From Oscillospiraceae bacterium (GTDB taxonomy: Bacteria > Bacillota > Clostridia > Oscillospirales > Oscillospiraceae), in assembly GCA_031262065.1 (NCBI GenBank), contig JAISIK010000001.1, positions 1 to 59,214 of the forward strand: a DNA stretch of 59,214 nt, given 5' to 3'. Positions 36,665-45,702 of this stretch are shown here, piece after piece (the first letter of the stretch is position 1; the number at the start of each line of letters is the position of its first letter). The notes under the pieces were generated by a model that had not been told where the DNA came from, made no database searches, and saw only the letters and a list, made by a program, of their open reading frames with translations. The translations under genes and the position numbers were made by a program.

Positions 36665-36694
36665 AAAAGGCAGGGGCGGTTGCCCCTGCCTTTT
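36665..36694. terminator. Bidirectional terminator
   Basis: AAAAGGCAGGGG-loop-CCCCTGCCTTTT between convergent genes. Confidence 0.8.
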
Positions 36695-36697
36695 GTC

Positions 36698-37249
36698 TTA
36701 GCCAAAGTAGCGCTTCAGCAAGCCTTCAAAGGCTTTGCCGTGGCGGGCTTCGTCGCGCGCCATCTCGTGGACGGTGTCGTGAATCGCATCGAGGTTGAGC
36801 TCCTTCGCGCGCTTGGCAATGTCGAACTTGCCGGCAGTTGCGCCGTTTTCCGCCTCAACACGCTTTGTCAAATTCTCCTTGGTCGAAGCGCTGACCTTCT
36901 CGCCGAGAAGCTCTGCGAACTTTGCTGCATGCTCCGCCTCTTCCCAAGCTGCCTTTTCCCAATACATGCCGATTTCGGGATAGCCTTCGCGATGCGCAGC
37001 GCGCGCCATTGCCAAATACATGCCGACCTCGGTGCATTCGCCTTCAAAGTGGGCGCGCAGGTCTGCCACCATGTCTTCGGGGACATTTTCTTCCTTCGCT
37101 ACGCCGATAACGTGCTCGGCAGCCCAAAACTTCTCTTCGGTGACCAGGCGGAACTTCTCGCCGGGAACGCCGCACAGCGGGCACTTAAAGCCCTCGGGCA
37201 TCTCGCCCTCATGAACATAACCGCAAACAGGACATACATACTTTTTCAT
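36698..37249 (-). CDS. Reverse rubrerythrin (NADH peroxidase)
   Basis: N-terminal rubredoxin (CPVCGY...CPLC) plus a ferritin-like domain ([19 protein letters not shown]). Confidence 0.93.
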   Translation of the reverse strand: MKKYVCPVCGYVHEGEMPEGFKCPLCGVPGEKFRLVTEEKFWAAEHVIGVAKEENVPEDMVADLRAHFEGECTEVGMYLAMARAAHREGYPEIGMYWEKAAWEEAEHAAKFAELLGEKVSASTKENLTKRVEAENGATAGKFDIAKRAKELNLDAIHDTVHEMARDEARHGKAFEGLLKRYFG

Positions 37250-37665
37250 ACTACATTTCCTCCTAAATTTTTATATTGCACCGCATCGGAATCGATGCAG
37301 GTATTGCATACGCCGTGGAAAATCAGGGAACAGTCGGATGCGCAGCCGCAGGTCAGCGCACTTGCAAGATGGGTCGGCACTTCCATATCCTCCACATCAA
37401 TCACCGCATCGCAGTGGGTGCAGACAAAGTGCACATGCGGCGTGATATTTGCGTCGAAGCGCTCCATGCCGTTTACCACGCCCACCATGGAAATCACGCC
37501 CGCCCGCTTGAACATGGCAAGATTGCGGTAGACCGTGCCCATGGAGAGATTTGGAATCTCCGGCTTGAGGCGGCTGTAGACCCAGTCGGCAGTGGGGTGC
37601 GACGTGGTGCTGCGCAGGCAGGACAAAATCGCCTCGCGCTTTTTACTTCGTTTTTGCACTTGCAT
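37246..37665 (-). CDS. Fur-family repressor, PerR-like
   Basis: [32 protein letters not shown]; overlaps the rubrerythrin start. Confidence 0.9.
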   Translation of the reverse strand: MQVQKRSKKREAILSCLRSTTSHPTADWVYSRLKPEIPNLSMGTVYRNLAMFKRAGVISMVGVVNGMERFDANITPHVHFVCTHCDAVIDVEDMEVPTHLASALTCGCASDCSLIFHGVCNTCIDSDAVQYKNLGGNVV

Positions 37666-37680
37666 GTTCTTTCTCCAAAC

Positions 37681-37728
37681 AATAATGATTCCTGTTATTA
37701 TAATACACAAAGTCCGCCGCGCTGTCAA
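37681..37728 (-). promoter_or_regulatory. Promoter with an adjacent Fur/Per-box-like palindrome
   Basis: TTGACA-17 bp-TATTAT. AATAATGATTCCTGTTATT (37681-37699) lies immediately downstream of the -10. Confidence 0.6.
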
Positions 37729-37794
37729 GTCCTTTTTTGAAAAAAATTTTGCCGATTTTGCCAAGCGACTGCCGTGGGTATGCGAAATTTACTG

Positions 37795-37823
37795 TTGAAA
37801 TCGACGGATATATAAGTTATAAT
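37795..37823 (+). promoter_or_regulatory. Sigma-A promoter of the minD operon
   Basis: TTGAAA-17 bp-TATAAT. Confidence 0.7.
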
Positions 37824-37855
37824 GAGCTGAGTATACGCACAAGGAGGGCACATTC

Positions 37856-38593
37856 ATGGGCGAGGTCGTTTCCGTCATATCCGGCAAAGGCGGCACAGGG
37901 AAAACCAGCATTTGCGCCGCACTCGCCTCTTGTCTGGCAGCGGACGGCGCGCGTGTGCTGTGCATCGACACGGACATCGGTCTGCGCAATTTGGATATTG
38001 CGCTGGGCATGTCGCGCCTTCCCATCGTGTCTTTTACAGACGTGCTGAACGGCTACTATTCCTTAGAAGACGCCACGACGCACGCAACCCTTCACGGGCT
38101 TTCCCTTTTTACCGCGCCTGTGCGCGACATCGGCGCGGCAATTGAGCCCTCGGCGTTCGGCAAACTCCTTACGCAGGTTCGCAAGGAATACGACTGGTGC
38201 TTCATAGACGCAGCTGCAGGCATCGGCGACAGCTTCCGTCTTGCCACGCAGTATGCAGACAACAATATTCTGGTCTCCACGCCCGACCCCGCCTCCCTGC
38301 GCGACGCCGGGCGCGTGGCGGAGCTGCTTTCCCTTGCCGGGAAGAATCATGTACAATTGATTGTAAACCGCGTGCAGCCCAAGCTCTTTACGCGCATGGA
38401 TTTGACGGTCGACGACATTATGGACGACGTCGGTCTGCCCCTCTTGGGGCTTGTGCCGGAGGATACGCAGGTCGTACTCGCAGCCGCGAACGGCAAGGCA
38501 TTGATTTTGCATGCCGACGACGGCGCGGCTTTGGCATGCCTGCGCATTTCGCGTCGCCTGCGCGGGCAGCACGTGCCGCTGACAAAACTGTAA
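37856..38593 (+). CDS. minD: MinD-family ATPase
   Basis: SGKGGTGKT, D.DIGLRNLD..LG, ID.AAGI, SLRDA.RV, LIVNR, LLG.VPED. Confidence 0.85.
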   Translation: MGEVVSVISGKGGTGKTSICAALASCLAADGARVLCIDTDIGLRNLDIALGMSRLPIVSFTDVLNGYYSLEDATTHATLHGLSLFTAPVRDIGAAIEPSAFGKLLTQVRKEYDWCFIDAAAGIGDSFRLATQYADNNILVSTPDPASLRDAGRVAELLSLAGKNHVQLIVNRVQPKLFTRMDLTVDDIMDDVGLPLLGLVPEDTQVVLAAANGKALILHADDGAALACLRISRRLRGQHVPLTKL

Positions 38594-38615
38594 ACACAGG
38601 ATCGAGGAAACGAAA

Positions 38616-39032
38616 ATGAACATAACGCTCATGGCACACGATAAGAAAAAGGAACTGATGGTGCAGTTTTGCACAGCGTACAAGAGCATTCTGAACAAGC
38701 ACATCCTCTCCGCTACGGCAACGACGGGGCGCTTGGTTGCAGATGCGACGGGCTTGCCGATTACGCTCTTTCTTTCGCACAATCAGGGCGGGCATCAGCA
38801 GGTCGATGCGCGCATAGCATATAACGAGATTGATATGGTTCTCATGTTCTCAGACCCGAACAGCATCGACCCTTGGGAAGATCAGCAAATCGTGCAGACC
38901 CTCCACCTTTGCGATACGCACAACGTCCCCGTGGCTACCAACCTCGCCTCTGCGGAAATGCTCATTTTGGGGCTGCAGCGCGGCGATTTGGATTGGCGCG
39001 AGGTCGTGCGCCGCAAGAAAACCATACGCTGA
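38616..39032 (+). CDS. mgsA: Methylglyoxal synthase-family protein with a divergent active site
   Basis: AHDKKK, ATATTG, GGHQQ, F.DP, CD.HNVP.ATN.ASAE. The catalytic Asp and His positions are substituted. Confidence 0.75.
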   Translation: MNITLMAHDKKKELMVQFCTAYKSILNKHILSATATTGRLVADATGLPITLFLSHNQGGHQQVDARIAYNEIDMVLMFSDPNSIDPWEDQQIVQTLHLCDTHNVPVATNLASAEMLILGLQRGDLDWREVVRRKKTIR

Positions 39033-39042
39033 GGAGCCGAAG

Positions 39043-39741
39043 ATGAACGCTTTTGAAATTATTGAGCTCATCCGCTCTTCTGAAAAGAAAACCCCCGTTT
39101 GCGCAGTGCTGCAGGAATCCGCGCCATGTACGTTCACCGATGTGCAGGTCTTTTCCGGCGGGGACGGGCTGCGCATTGTTTACGGCGACTGGAAGCTGCT
39201 TGCGCCGCAATTGGAGGCGAACGCCGCGAATATCCGCGCGCTGCATCTGGAAAACAGCGCCCGAAACTCCGCCATTCCCCTGCTGGATTTGAAAAATCTG
39301 CATGCCCGCATTGAGCCCGGCGCAATCATCCGCGACGGCGTAGAAATCAGCGACAATGCGGTGATTATGATGGGCGCGGTGATCAATATCGGCGCGGTCG
39401 TCGGCGAGGGCAGCATGATAGATATGGGCGCCGTTCTCGGCGGTCGCGCGACCGTCGGGAAAAACTGCCACATCGGCGCGGGCGCGGTGCTCGCGGGCGT
39501 GATTGAGCCGCCCAGCGCCACGCCGGTTATCATAGACGACGGCGTGATGGTAGGCGCAAACGCGGTCGTGCTCGAGGGCGTGCGTATCGGCAAAAATGCC
39601 GTTGTGGCAGCGGGTGCTATCGTCACGGCGGACGTGCCCGCAGGCGCAGTCGTCGCAGGAACGCCCGCCCGCGTAATCAAAATGCGCGACGAGAAGACAA
39701 ACATAAAAACCGCGCTGGTCGATGCCCTGCGCGAGCTGTAA
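39043..39741 (+). CDS. dapH: Tetrahydrodipicolinate N-acetyltransferase
   Basis: [42 protein letters not shown] hexapeptide repeats. Confidence 0.93.
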   Translation: MNAFEIIELIRSSEKKTPVCAVLQESAPCTFTDVQVFSGGDGLRIVYGDWKLLAPQLEANAANIRALHLENSARNSAIPLLDLKNLHARIEPGAIIRDGVEISDNAVIMMGAVINIGAVVGEGSMIDMGAVLGGRATVGKNCHIGAGAVLAGVIEPPSATPVIIDDGVMVGANAVVLEGVRIGKNAVVAAGAIVTADVPAGAVVAGTPARVIKMRDEKTNIKTALVDALREL

Positions 39742-39769
39742 TTTCTGTTTTTTGCACAAAATGATACAG

Positions 39770-39803
39770 CAAGAGCCGATGGTCAACTGACCATCGGCTC
39801 TTG
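39770..39803. terminator. Hairpin between convergent genes
   Basis: CAAGAGCCGATGGTCA / TGACCATCGGCTCTTG. Confidence 0.75.
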
Positions 39804-39810
39804 TCGCTAT

Positions 39811-41592
39811 TTAATCCGCTTTTGCGGTGTTTGCCGGGAGGCGGTAGGTTTCGCGGTAGCCGCGATAGCTTGCCATAAAATCTGCATCATCGCTGCTTTT
39901 CAGCTCGCCGAGGTATTCGTGCTGCTCAATCTCGGAATATCTGGTCTGCAAAATATAGACTGCAATATTCGAGCAGTGGTCAGACACGCGCTCGAAGTTC
40001 GTCAGAATATCCGACCAGACAAAGCCAAGCTCGATGGTGCATTTGCCGCTTTGCAGGCGTTTGACGTGGCGGGTTTTCACCTCGCGCTTGAGCTTATCGA
40101 TAACCTGCTCCAGCGGCTCAACTTCGACTGCCAGCGTGGTGTCGTTATTCTCGAACGCCTCAAACGTGAGGTTGACGATTCGCACCACCGCGTCGGTCAG
40201 GACGCGAAGTTCCGCCATGGCATCATCAGAGAAGAACATCTTCTTCTCGTTAATCTCCCGCGCAACTTCCACGAGGTTTGACGCGTGGTCGCCGATGCGC
40301 TCAAAGTCGCCGATGGCATGCAGCAGCTCCGCGGTCTGGTTGCTGTCTGCTATGCTGAGCTCTCTGGCGCTGAGCTTTACGAGGTACGAGCCGAGCTTGT
40401 CCTCGTACATATCGATTTCTTTTTCCGTGCTTTCAATTTCCTCTGCAACGCGCAGGTCGTATTTGCCCAGCAAGCCCACCGCCGCGAGAATCGAGGTTTT
40501 GGTCACCGCAGCCATTTTGGCGGTTACATTGCGGCACTCAGCGATTGCAAAACCGGGCGTTGCGAGCAGGCGCTCGTCGAGCAGCTGATACTCGACCTCG
40601 TCGCCGCTGTTGCTCCCGACAATGCGCCGGGCAAGCTTTGCAATCTGCTTGGCGAAGGGGAAGACGAGCACGGTCGTTGCGACATTGAATGCGCTATGCA
40701 CAATTGCAATGCCCCACATGGTGATGCGCGTATCGGTGAAGGCAAAATCGAAGATGGCATCGGCAATCAAGTACCCGCTGAGCAACACCCCCGTACCAAT
40801 CACATTGAAAAGGATGTGGGCCGCGGTCACGGACTTTGCCTTCTTGTTCGCGCCGACGCTGGAAATGAGCGCGGTGACACAGGTGCCGATATTTTGACCC
40901 ATAATAATGGGAATTGCCGTGCCAAAGGGAAGCACGCCCGTCTTTGCAATCGACTGCAAGATACCCACCGACGCAGAAGAGCTTTGAATCACCGCGGTAA
41001 CGACAATACCTGCAAGAAGTCCCAGCAGCGGATTGCTGAACGCCGTCAGAACATTTCGGAAAGCAGGCATCTCCGCCAGCGGCTTCAGCGCGCCGCTCAT
41101 CATGCTCATGCCCGACATCAGAAGGGCAAAGCCCATGAGGATTGTGCCGACATTTTTCTTCTTCCGATTTTTCAGGAAGGAGATAAAGATAATCCCAATG
41201 AGGGCGAGAATCGGAGTAAAGGATTCCGGCTTGAGGAGCTTTACAAAGACGTTGTCGCCCTCAATGCCCGAAAGGCTCAAAATCCACGCGGTGACGGTTG
41301 TGCCGATGTTCGAGCCGATAATCACGCTGATGCTCTGCGAGAACTTCATAATGCCGGAGTTGACAAGCCCCACCAGCATAACCGTAACCGCTGAGGAGGA
41401 CTGAATAACGGCAGTAATGACCAGACCCAGAAGCAGCCCCAAAAAGCGATTCGAGGTCATGCGCGACAGCACGCCGTCGAGCTTACTGCCGACCATTTTT
41501 TCAAGACCTGCGGACATTGTACTCATACCATAGAGGAAAAATGCCAGTCCGCCAATCAGCGTTAAAATCGAGAAAATATCGAATGTACCCAT
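39811..41592 (-). CDS. Na/Pi cotransporter with C-terminal PhoU domains
   Basis: Two QSSS motifs, GSNIGTT/GQNIGT, DFERIGDH and NFERVSDH. Start MGTFDIF with GGAGG. Confidence 0.93.
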   Translation of the reverse strand: MGTFDIFSILTLIGGLAFFLYGMSTMSAGLEKMVGSKLDGVLSRMTSNRFLGLLLGLVITAVIQSSSAVTVMLVGLVNSGIMKFSQSISVIIGSNIGTTVTAWILSLSGIEGDNVFVKLLKPESFTPILALIGIIFISFLKNRKKKNVGTILMGFALLMSGMSMMSGALKPLAEMPAFRNVLTAFSNPLLGLLAGIVVTAVIQSSSASVGILQSIAKTGVLPFGTAIPIIMGQNIGTCVTALISSVGANKKAKSVTAAHILFNVIGTGVLLSGYLIADAIFDFAFTDTRITMWGIAIVHSAFNVATTVLVFPFAKQIAKLARRIVGSNSGDEVEYQLLDERLLATPGFAIAECRNVTAKMAAVTKTSILAAVGLLGKYDLRVAEEIESTEKEIDMYEDKLGSYLVKLSARELSIADSNQTAELLHAIGDFERIGDHASNLVEVAREINEKKMFFSDDAMAELRVLTDAVVRIVNLTFEAFENNDTTLAVEVEPLEQVIDKLKREVKTRHVKRLQSGKCTIELGFVWSDILTNFERVSDHCSNIAVYILQTRYSEIEQHEYLGELKSSDDADFMASYRGYRETYRLPANTAKAD

Positions 41593-41796
41593 ACTGCCTC
41601 CCACTTGCAGCGTGCCGCACGCGCCGCACGGCGTATTCCAAATTCGTCGGCATTCCAGTTTGCCAACTTTCGACAAATACTATTTTAGCACAGCCCGCCG
41701 CAAGATGTAAATGCAAATAAGCCCTAAATCCCGTCTTTATAACTGTACTCTCTTTTGGTCATCTTCCCCCAAGCGCGCACGCTCTATTCTCGCGCA

Positions 41797-41833
41797 AAAA
41801 GCGCCAAAGCCCAAACCGGGCTTTGGCGCTTTT
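41797..41833. terminator. Intrinsic terminator of the ABC operon
   Basis: AAAAGCGCCAAAGCCC-loop-GGGCTTTGGCGCTTTT. Confidence 0.85.
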
Positions 41834-41841
41834 AAAACTCG

Positions 41842-42837
41842 CTAACGTTCTTCGCGGAAATACGGGAGTCCGAGGTGCGCGGGCGGCTGGTTCTCGCGCT
41901 TCTTTCTCAAGCTGACGACAATCAGCACAGCAATGGTGACCAGATACGGAAGCATCTTAAACAGCTCCTGCGAACTGCGATTCAGCCCCGGCATATAGAG
42001 CCAAAGGCGGCTGAGTCCGCCGAAAAGATACGCGCCCCAAACCGCATTGAGCGGCTTCCATGTGGAGAAAATTACCAGCGCAACTGCAAGCCAGCCGAGC
42101 GCCTCGATGGTGCCCTCGTTTGCCCATGTGCCCTTGATATAGTCCATGGTGTAGAACAGACCGCCCAGCCCGGAAACCGCCGCGCCGATGGTGGTTGCAA
42201 GATAGCGGAACTTTGTAACGCTGATACCGGCAGCGTCGGCGGTCGCCGGGTTCTCGCCCACCGCGCGCAGGTTCAGCCCCGTGCGCGTGCGGCGCAGGAA
42301 AATCGCCAAAACCACCGCCAGCGCGATTGCCAGATAGACCATAAAGCCGTAGCTGAAGAGCATTTGCCCGATGGGGAAATCCCCGATTTTCAGCTTCATC
42401 AGGGGCGCAATATTTGTGCGGTAGGCGTGGCTGGTGACGGAGACCGAAATCTGTCCGACGCCGCCCGCGAGCTTATTCAAACTGCCGCCGAAGAAGTTCG
42501 CGATGCCGCCGCCGAAAATCGTCAGCGTCAGACCGGTGACGTTTTGGTTGGCGCGAAGGGAAATGGTCAGGAAGCTGAAAATCAGTCCGCCGAGCGCCGC
42601 GGCTGCAAGCGCCGCAATGAGCGACAGCAAGAGGCAAAGCATCGGGTTTGGGTTGGCTACAGCCGACTCATAGAGGAAGGAGGCAGTCAGACCCGCTATG
42701 CCGCCGAGGTACATCACGCCCGGAACGCCGAGGTTGAGGTTGCCGCTCTTTTGCGTCAGGATTTCCCCCAGCGCACCGAAAAGAATGACCGTGCCGAAGG
42801 CGATGGCTTCGCCGAACAGCGCAATAAACTGTGTCAT
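41842..42837 (-). CDS. Nucleoside ABC transporter permease (NupC-like)
   Basis: GEILTQKSGNLNLG, LRANQ, LRAVGENP.TA..AGI, GWLAVA, PY, PAHLG.PY. Confidence 0.88.
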   Translation of the reverse strand: MTQFIALFGEAIAFGTVILFGALGEILTQKSGNLNLGVPGVMYLGGIAGLTASFLYESAVANPNPMLCLLLSLIAALAAAALGGLIFSFLTISLRANQNVTGLTLTIFGGGIANFFGGSLNKLAGGVGQISVSVTSHAYRTNIAPLMKLKIGDFPIGQMLFSYGFMVYLAIALAVVLAIFLRRTRTGLNLRAVGENPATADAAGISVTKFRYLATTIGAAVSGLGGLFYTMDYIKGTWANEGTIEALGWLAVALVIFSTWKPLNAVWGAYLFGGLSRLWLYMPGLNRSSQELFKMLPYLVTIAVLIVVSLRKKRENQPPAHLGLPYFREER

Positions 42838-43937
42838 TTTGCGTCCTCCTTCCTGCGATTCAGGCGCGTCTTGTAGTTGATAAAGAATTCCGAGCCGATG
42901 ATGCAGAAGAGGATGATTCCTGTAATGACATTAGACGCTTCCTCATTGAGGTTGAAGTCTGAGGCAATCTCCGACGCCCCGCGTTGCAGGAAGACAATCA
43001 GGAAGGAGATAAGAATCATCACAAAGGTATTGAATTTTGCAAGCCACGCGACAATAATTGCGGTAAAGCCTCTGCCGTCTGCGGTGGATGTAGAAATGGT
43101 ATAGTCCGCGCCAGCTACTGCGATAAAGCCCGCCAAGCCGCAAATTGCGCCGGAGAGCGCCATTGTGCGCATATACACGCGGCTGATGCGAATGCTTGCA
43201 TAGCGCGCGGTGTTGGTGCTTTCGCCGACAACCGCAATTTCAAAGCCCTGCTTGGAATACTTGAGGTAGACAAACATGAACACGGCAAGAAGCAAAACCA
43301 GAATCACATTCAGCAAATAATCCTGCCCGAAGAGCTTGGGAAACCAGCCTGCTTTGTTCATTTGGTTAATCACGCCGACCTTATTCGAGCCGCGGGGATT
43401 CTCCCAAAGCGCCACGCAGTAGGAGGTAATTTGAATTGCGACGTAGTTCATCATCAGCGTAAACAGGGTTTCGTTGCTGTTCCACTTCGCTTTGAACAGC
43501 GCGGGAATGATGCCCCAAATTGCGCCGCCGAGCATACCCGCCGCCGCCATCAAAAGAAGAAGCAGCCCGTTCGGAAGCCCCGCGCCGATTTTAATCATCA
43601 GACCTGCCGCGCAAACCGCGCCGACCAGCACTTGCCCCTCTGCGCCGATGTTCCAGAACTTCATCTTAAAGGCGGGGGCAAGTCCGATGCCGATACACAG
43701 CAGCATCATCGCCTCGCGGATGGTAACCCATGCGTTTCTCTCCGTGCCGAAGGCGCCGCGGTACATCGATGCGTATACATCAAGCGGGTTCAGTCCCGTA
43801 ACCGCAACGACAAACAGCGCGCCGAGAATCATTGCCAAAATGACCGACGAAACGCGAATGCCCCACGCGTGAGGCAGGGCGATACTGCCGCGCTTGCTGA
43901 TGCGCAGGAAGGGCTCGCGCATTGTGTGCTTATGCAT
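42834..43937 (-). CDS. Nucleoside ABC transporter permease (NupB-like)
   Basis: FWNIGAEGQ, NETLFTLMMNY, GRGFTAI.VAWLA. Confidence 0.88.
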   Translation of the reverse strand: MHKHTMREPFLRISKRGSIALPHAWGIRVSSVILAMILGALFVVAVTGLNPLDVYASMYRGAFGTERNAWVTIREAMMLLCIGIGLAPAFKMKFWNIGAEGQVLVGAVCAAGLMIKIGAGLPNGLLLLLMAAAGMLGGAIWGIIPALFKAKWNSNETLFTLMMNYVAIQITSYCVALWENPRGSNKVGVINQMNKAGWFPKLFGQDYLLNVILVLLLAVFMFVYLKYSKQGFEIAVVGESTNTARYASIRISRVYMRTMALSGAICGLAGFIAVAGADYTISTSTADGRGFTAIIVAWLAKFNTFVMILISFLIVFLQRGASEIASDFNLNEEASNVITGIILFCIIGSEFFINYKTRLNRRKEDAK

Positions 43938-45459
43938 TCGGGCTCACCTCCTTCAAATTGGTCATCAGCAGTCCGACTTCTTCTCTGGTGGTACTGCGCC
44001 CATCGACGATGCCGTTCACCCTGCCCGCGCAAAGAACCAAAATGCGGTCGCACAGCGCAAGCAAAACGTCCAAATCCTCGCCGACGTAGATTACTGCGAC
44101 GCCGTTTTTCTTCTGCTCGTTGAGCAGGTGATAAATCGTATAGGATGTGTTGATATCCAGCCCGCGCACGGCGTAGGCAGTCATCAAAACCTTGGGGTCG
44201 GCGGCGATTTCCCGCCCGACGAGCACCTTTTGCACATTGCCGCCGGAGAGCTGCTTCACCGGCGCGGAGATGCCGGGCGTAACCACCTCAAGCTGCGATA
44301 CGATGCGCTGCGCCAGTTCTTTCGGGCTCTTTCGATCGGTAAAGACTGCCTTGCCGCTGCGGTAGCTCTTGAGCATCATATTGCCCGTCATGCCCATAGA
44401 CCCGACTAAGCCCATGCCCAAGCGATCCTCCGGCACGAAGGAGAGCGCAACCCCGGCGCGGCTGATTTCCAGCGGGCTCTTGCCCACAAGATTCGAGGCT
44501 TTGTCGCTGTCCGGCGGATAATAGGAAATGCTGCTTCCCATCGCAGGCGTTTGCAGACCCGCAATCGCCTCTAAAAGCTCCTTCTGTCCGCAGCCGGAAA
44601 TGCCTGCAATGCCGAGAATCTCGCCGCCGTAGGCGTCAAAGCTCACCTCGTCGAGCGCGCGCAGACCGTCGCTGTTGAGCACAGTGAGATTTCTGACCTC
44701 CAAGCGCTTTTGCGGGTTGACAGGCTCGGGGCGATCGATATTGAGCTTCACCGCACGCCCGACCATCATTTCCGTGAGGCTTTGCGCCGTCGCCTCGCTC
44801 GTAGGTACATCGCCGATATACTCGCCCTTGCGCAGAACCGCAACGCGGTCGGATATTTCCAAAACCTCGTGCAGTTTGTGCGTGATGATAATGATGGATT
44901 TGCCGTCCTGCCGCATATTGCGCATCACGCTGAAGAGCTTCTGCGTTTCCTGCGGGGTCAGCACCGCAGTCGGCTCGTCGAGAATCAAGATTTCCGCGCC
45001 GCGATAGAGCTGCTTGACAATCTCGACCGTCTGCTTCTGCGAAACGGACATATTATAAATCTTCTGATCGGGATTGACGACAAAGCCGTACTTGTCGCAA
45101 ATTTCGCGGATTTTCTGACCGATTGCCTTATAGCCGTCCTTATCCTTCAGCCCAAGGACGATATTTTCAGCAGCCGTGAGCACATCCACCAGCTTAAAAT
45201 GCTGGTGCACCATGCCGATGCCCAAATCAAAGGCAGCCTTCGGCGAGGCGATGCTCACCGGCTCGCCGTGGACAAAAATCTGCCCCTTATCGGGAAAATA
45301 AATCCCGGAGAGCATGTTCATCAAGGTGGTTTTTCCGCTGCCGTTTTCACCCAGCAGAGAGAGAATCTCGCCCTCCTTGATATACAGATCTACATTGTTG
45401 TTGGCGACAACCGAGCCGAAGGTCTTCGTGACGCCGCGCAGTTGCACTGCATATTGCAT
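43930..45459 (-). CDS. Nucleoside ABC transporter ATP-binding protein (tandem ABC domains)
   Basis: GENGSGKTT, MVHQHF, DEPTAVLTPQE, VPEDR, LSGGNVQK; start MQYAVQL. Confidence 0.92.
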   Translation of the reverse strand: MQYAVQLRGVTKTFGSVVANNNVDLYIKEGEILSLLGENGSGKTTLMNMLSGIYFPDKGQIFVHGEPVSIASPKAAFDLGIGMVHQHFKLVDVLTAAENIVLGLKDKDGYKAIGQKIREICDKYGFVVNPDQKIYNMSVSQKQTVEIVKQLYRGAEILILDEPTAVLTPQETQKLFSVMRNMRQDGKSIIIITHKLHEVLEISDRVAVLRKGEYIGDVPTSEATAQSLTEMMVGRAVKLNIDRPEPVNPQKRLEVRNLTVLNSDGLRALDEVSFDAYGGEILGIAGISGCGQKELLEAIAGLQTPAMGSSISYYPPDSDKASNLVGKSPLEISRAGVALSFVPEDRLGMGLVGSMGMTGNMMLKSYRSGKAVFTDRKSPKELAQRIVSQLEVVTPGISAPVKQLSGGNVQKVLVGREIAADPKVLMTAYAVRGLDINTSYTIYHLLNEQKKNGVAVIYVGEDLDVLLALCDRILVLCAGRVNGIVDGRSTTREEVGLLMTNLKEVSPNA

Positions 45460-45650
45460 ACTTTCACCCTTTCCCTGCCTGCAGGAATTTCTGCTGTTTT
45501 TTGCGCGTTGCAATGCCCCTCCGCGTGCGAAAAAAGGAGGCTTTCGCCCCCTTTGTGGCTGAAAACCGCCCTTACGGGCACCCATCTTCAACCGGGAATG
45601 CGGGGAGACGCGTGCGCGCACACGCTGGGCACATTCCCTGCGGTATTTTG

Positions 45651-45678
45651 AAAAAGGGAGGCTTGCGCCTCCCTTTTC
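45651..45678 (-). terminator. Terminator-like hairpin after the BMP gene
   Basis: AAAAGGGAGGC-TTGC-GCCTCCCTTTT. Confidence 0.75.
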
Positions 45679-45702
45679 TGTTTTGTCGCTTGCTGTAGGG
45701 GC

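Noticed and set aside
41669-41677. Spo0A-box match (TTTGTCGAA, minus strand) upstream of the Na/Pi transporter
   Set aside because: A single short match is expected by chance in 59 kb, and nothing else supports it.
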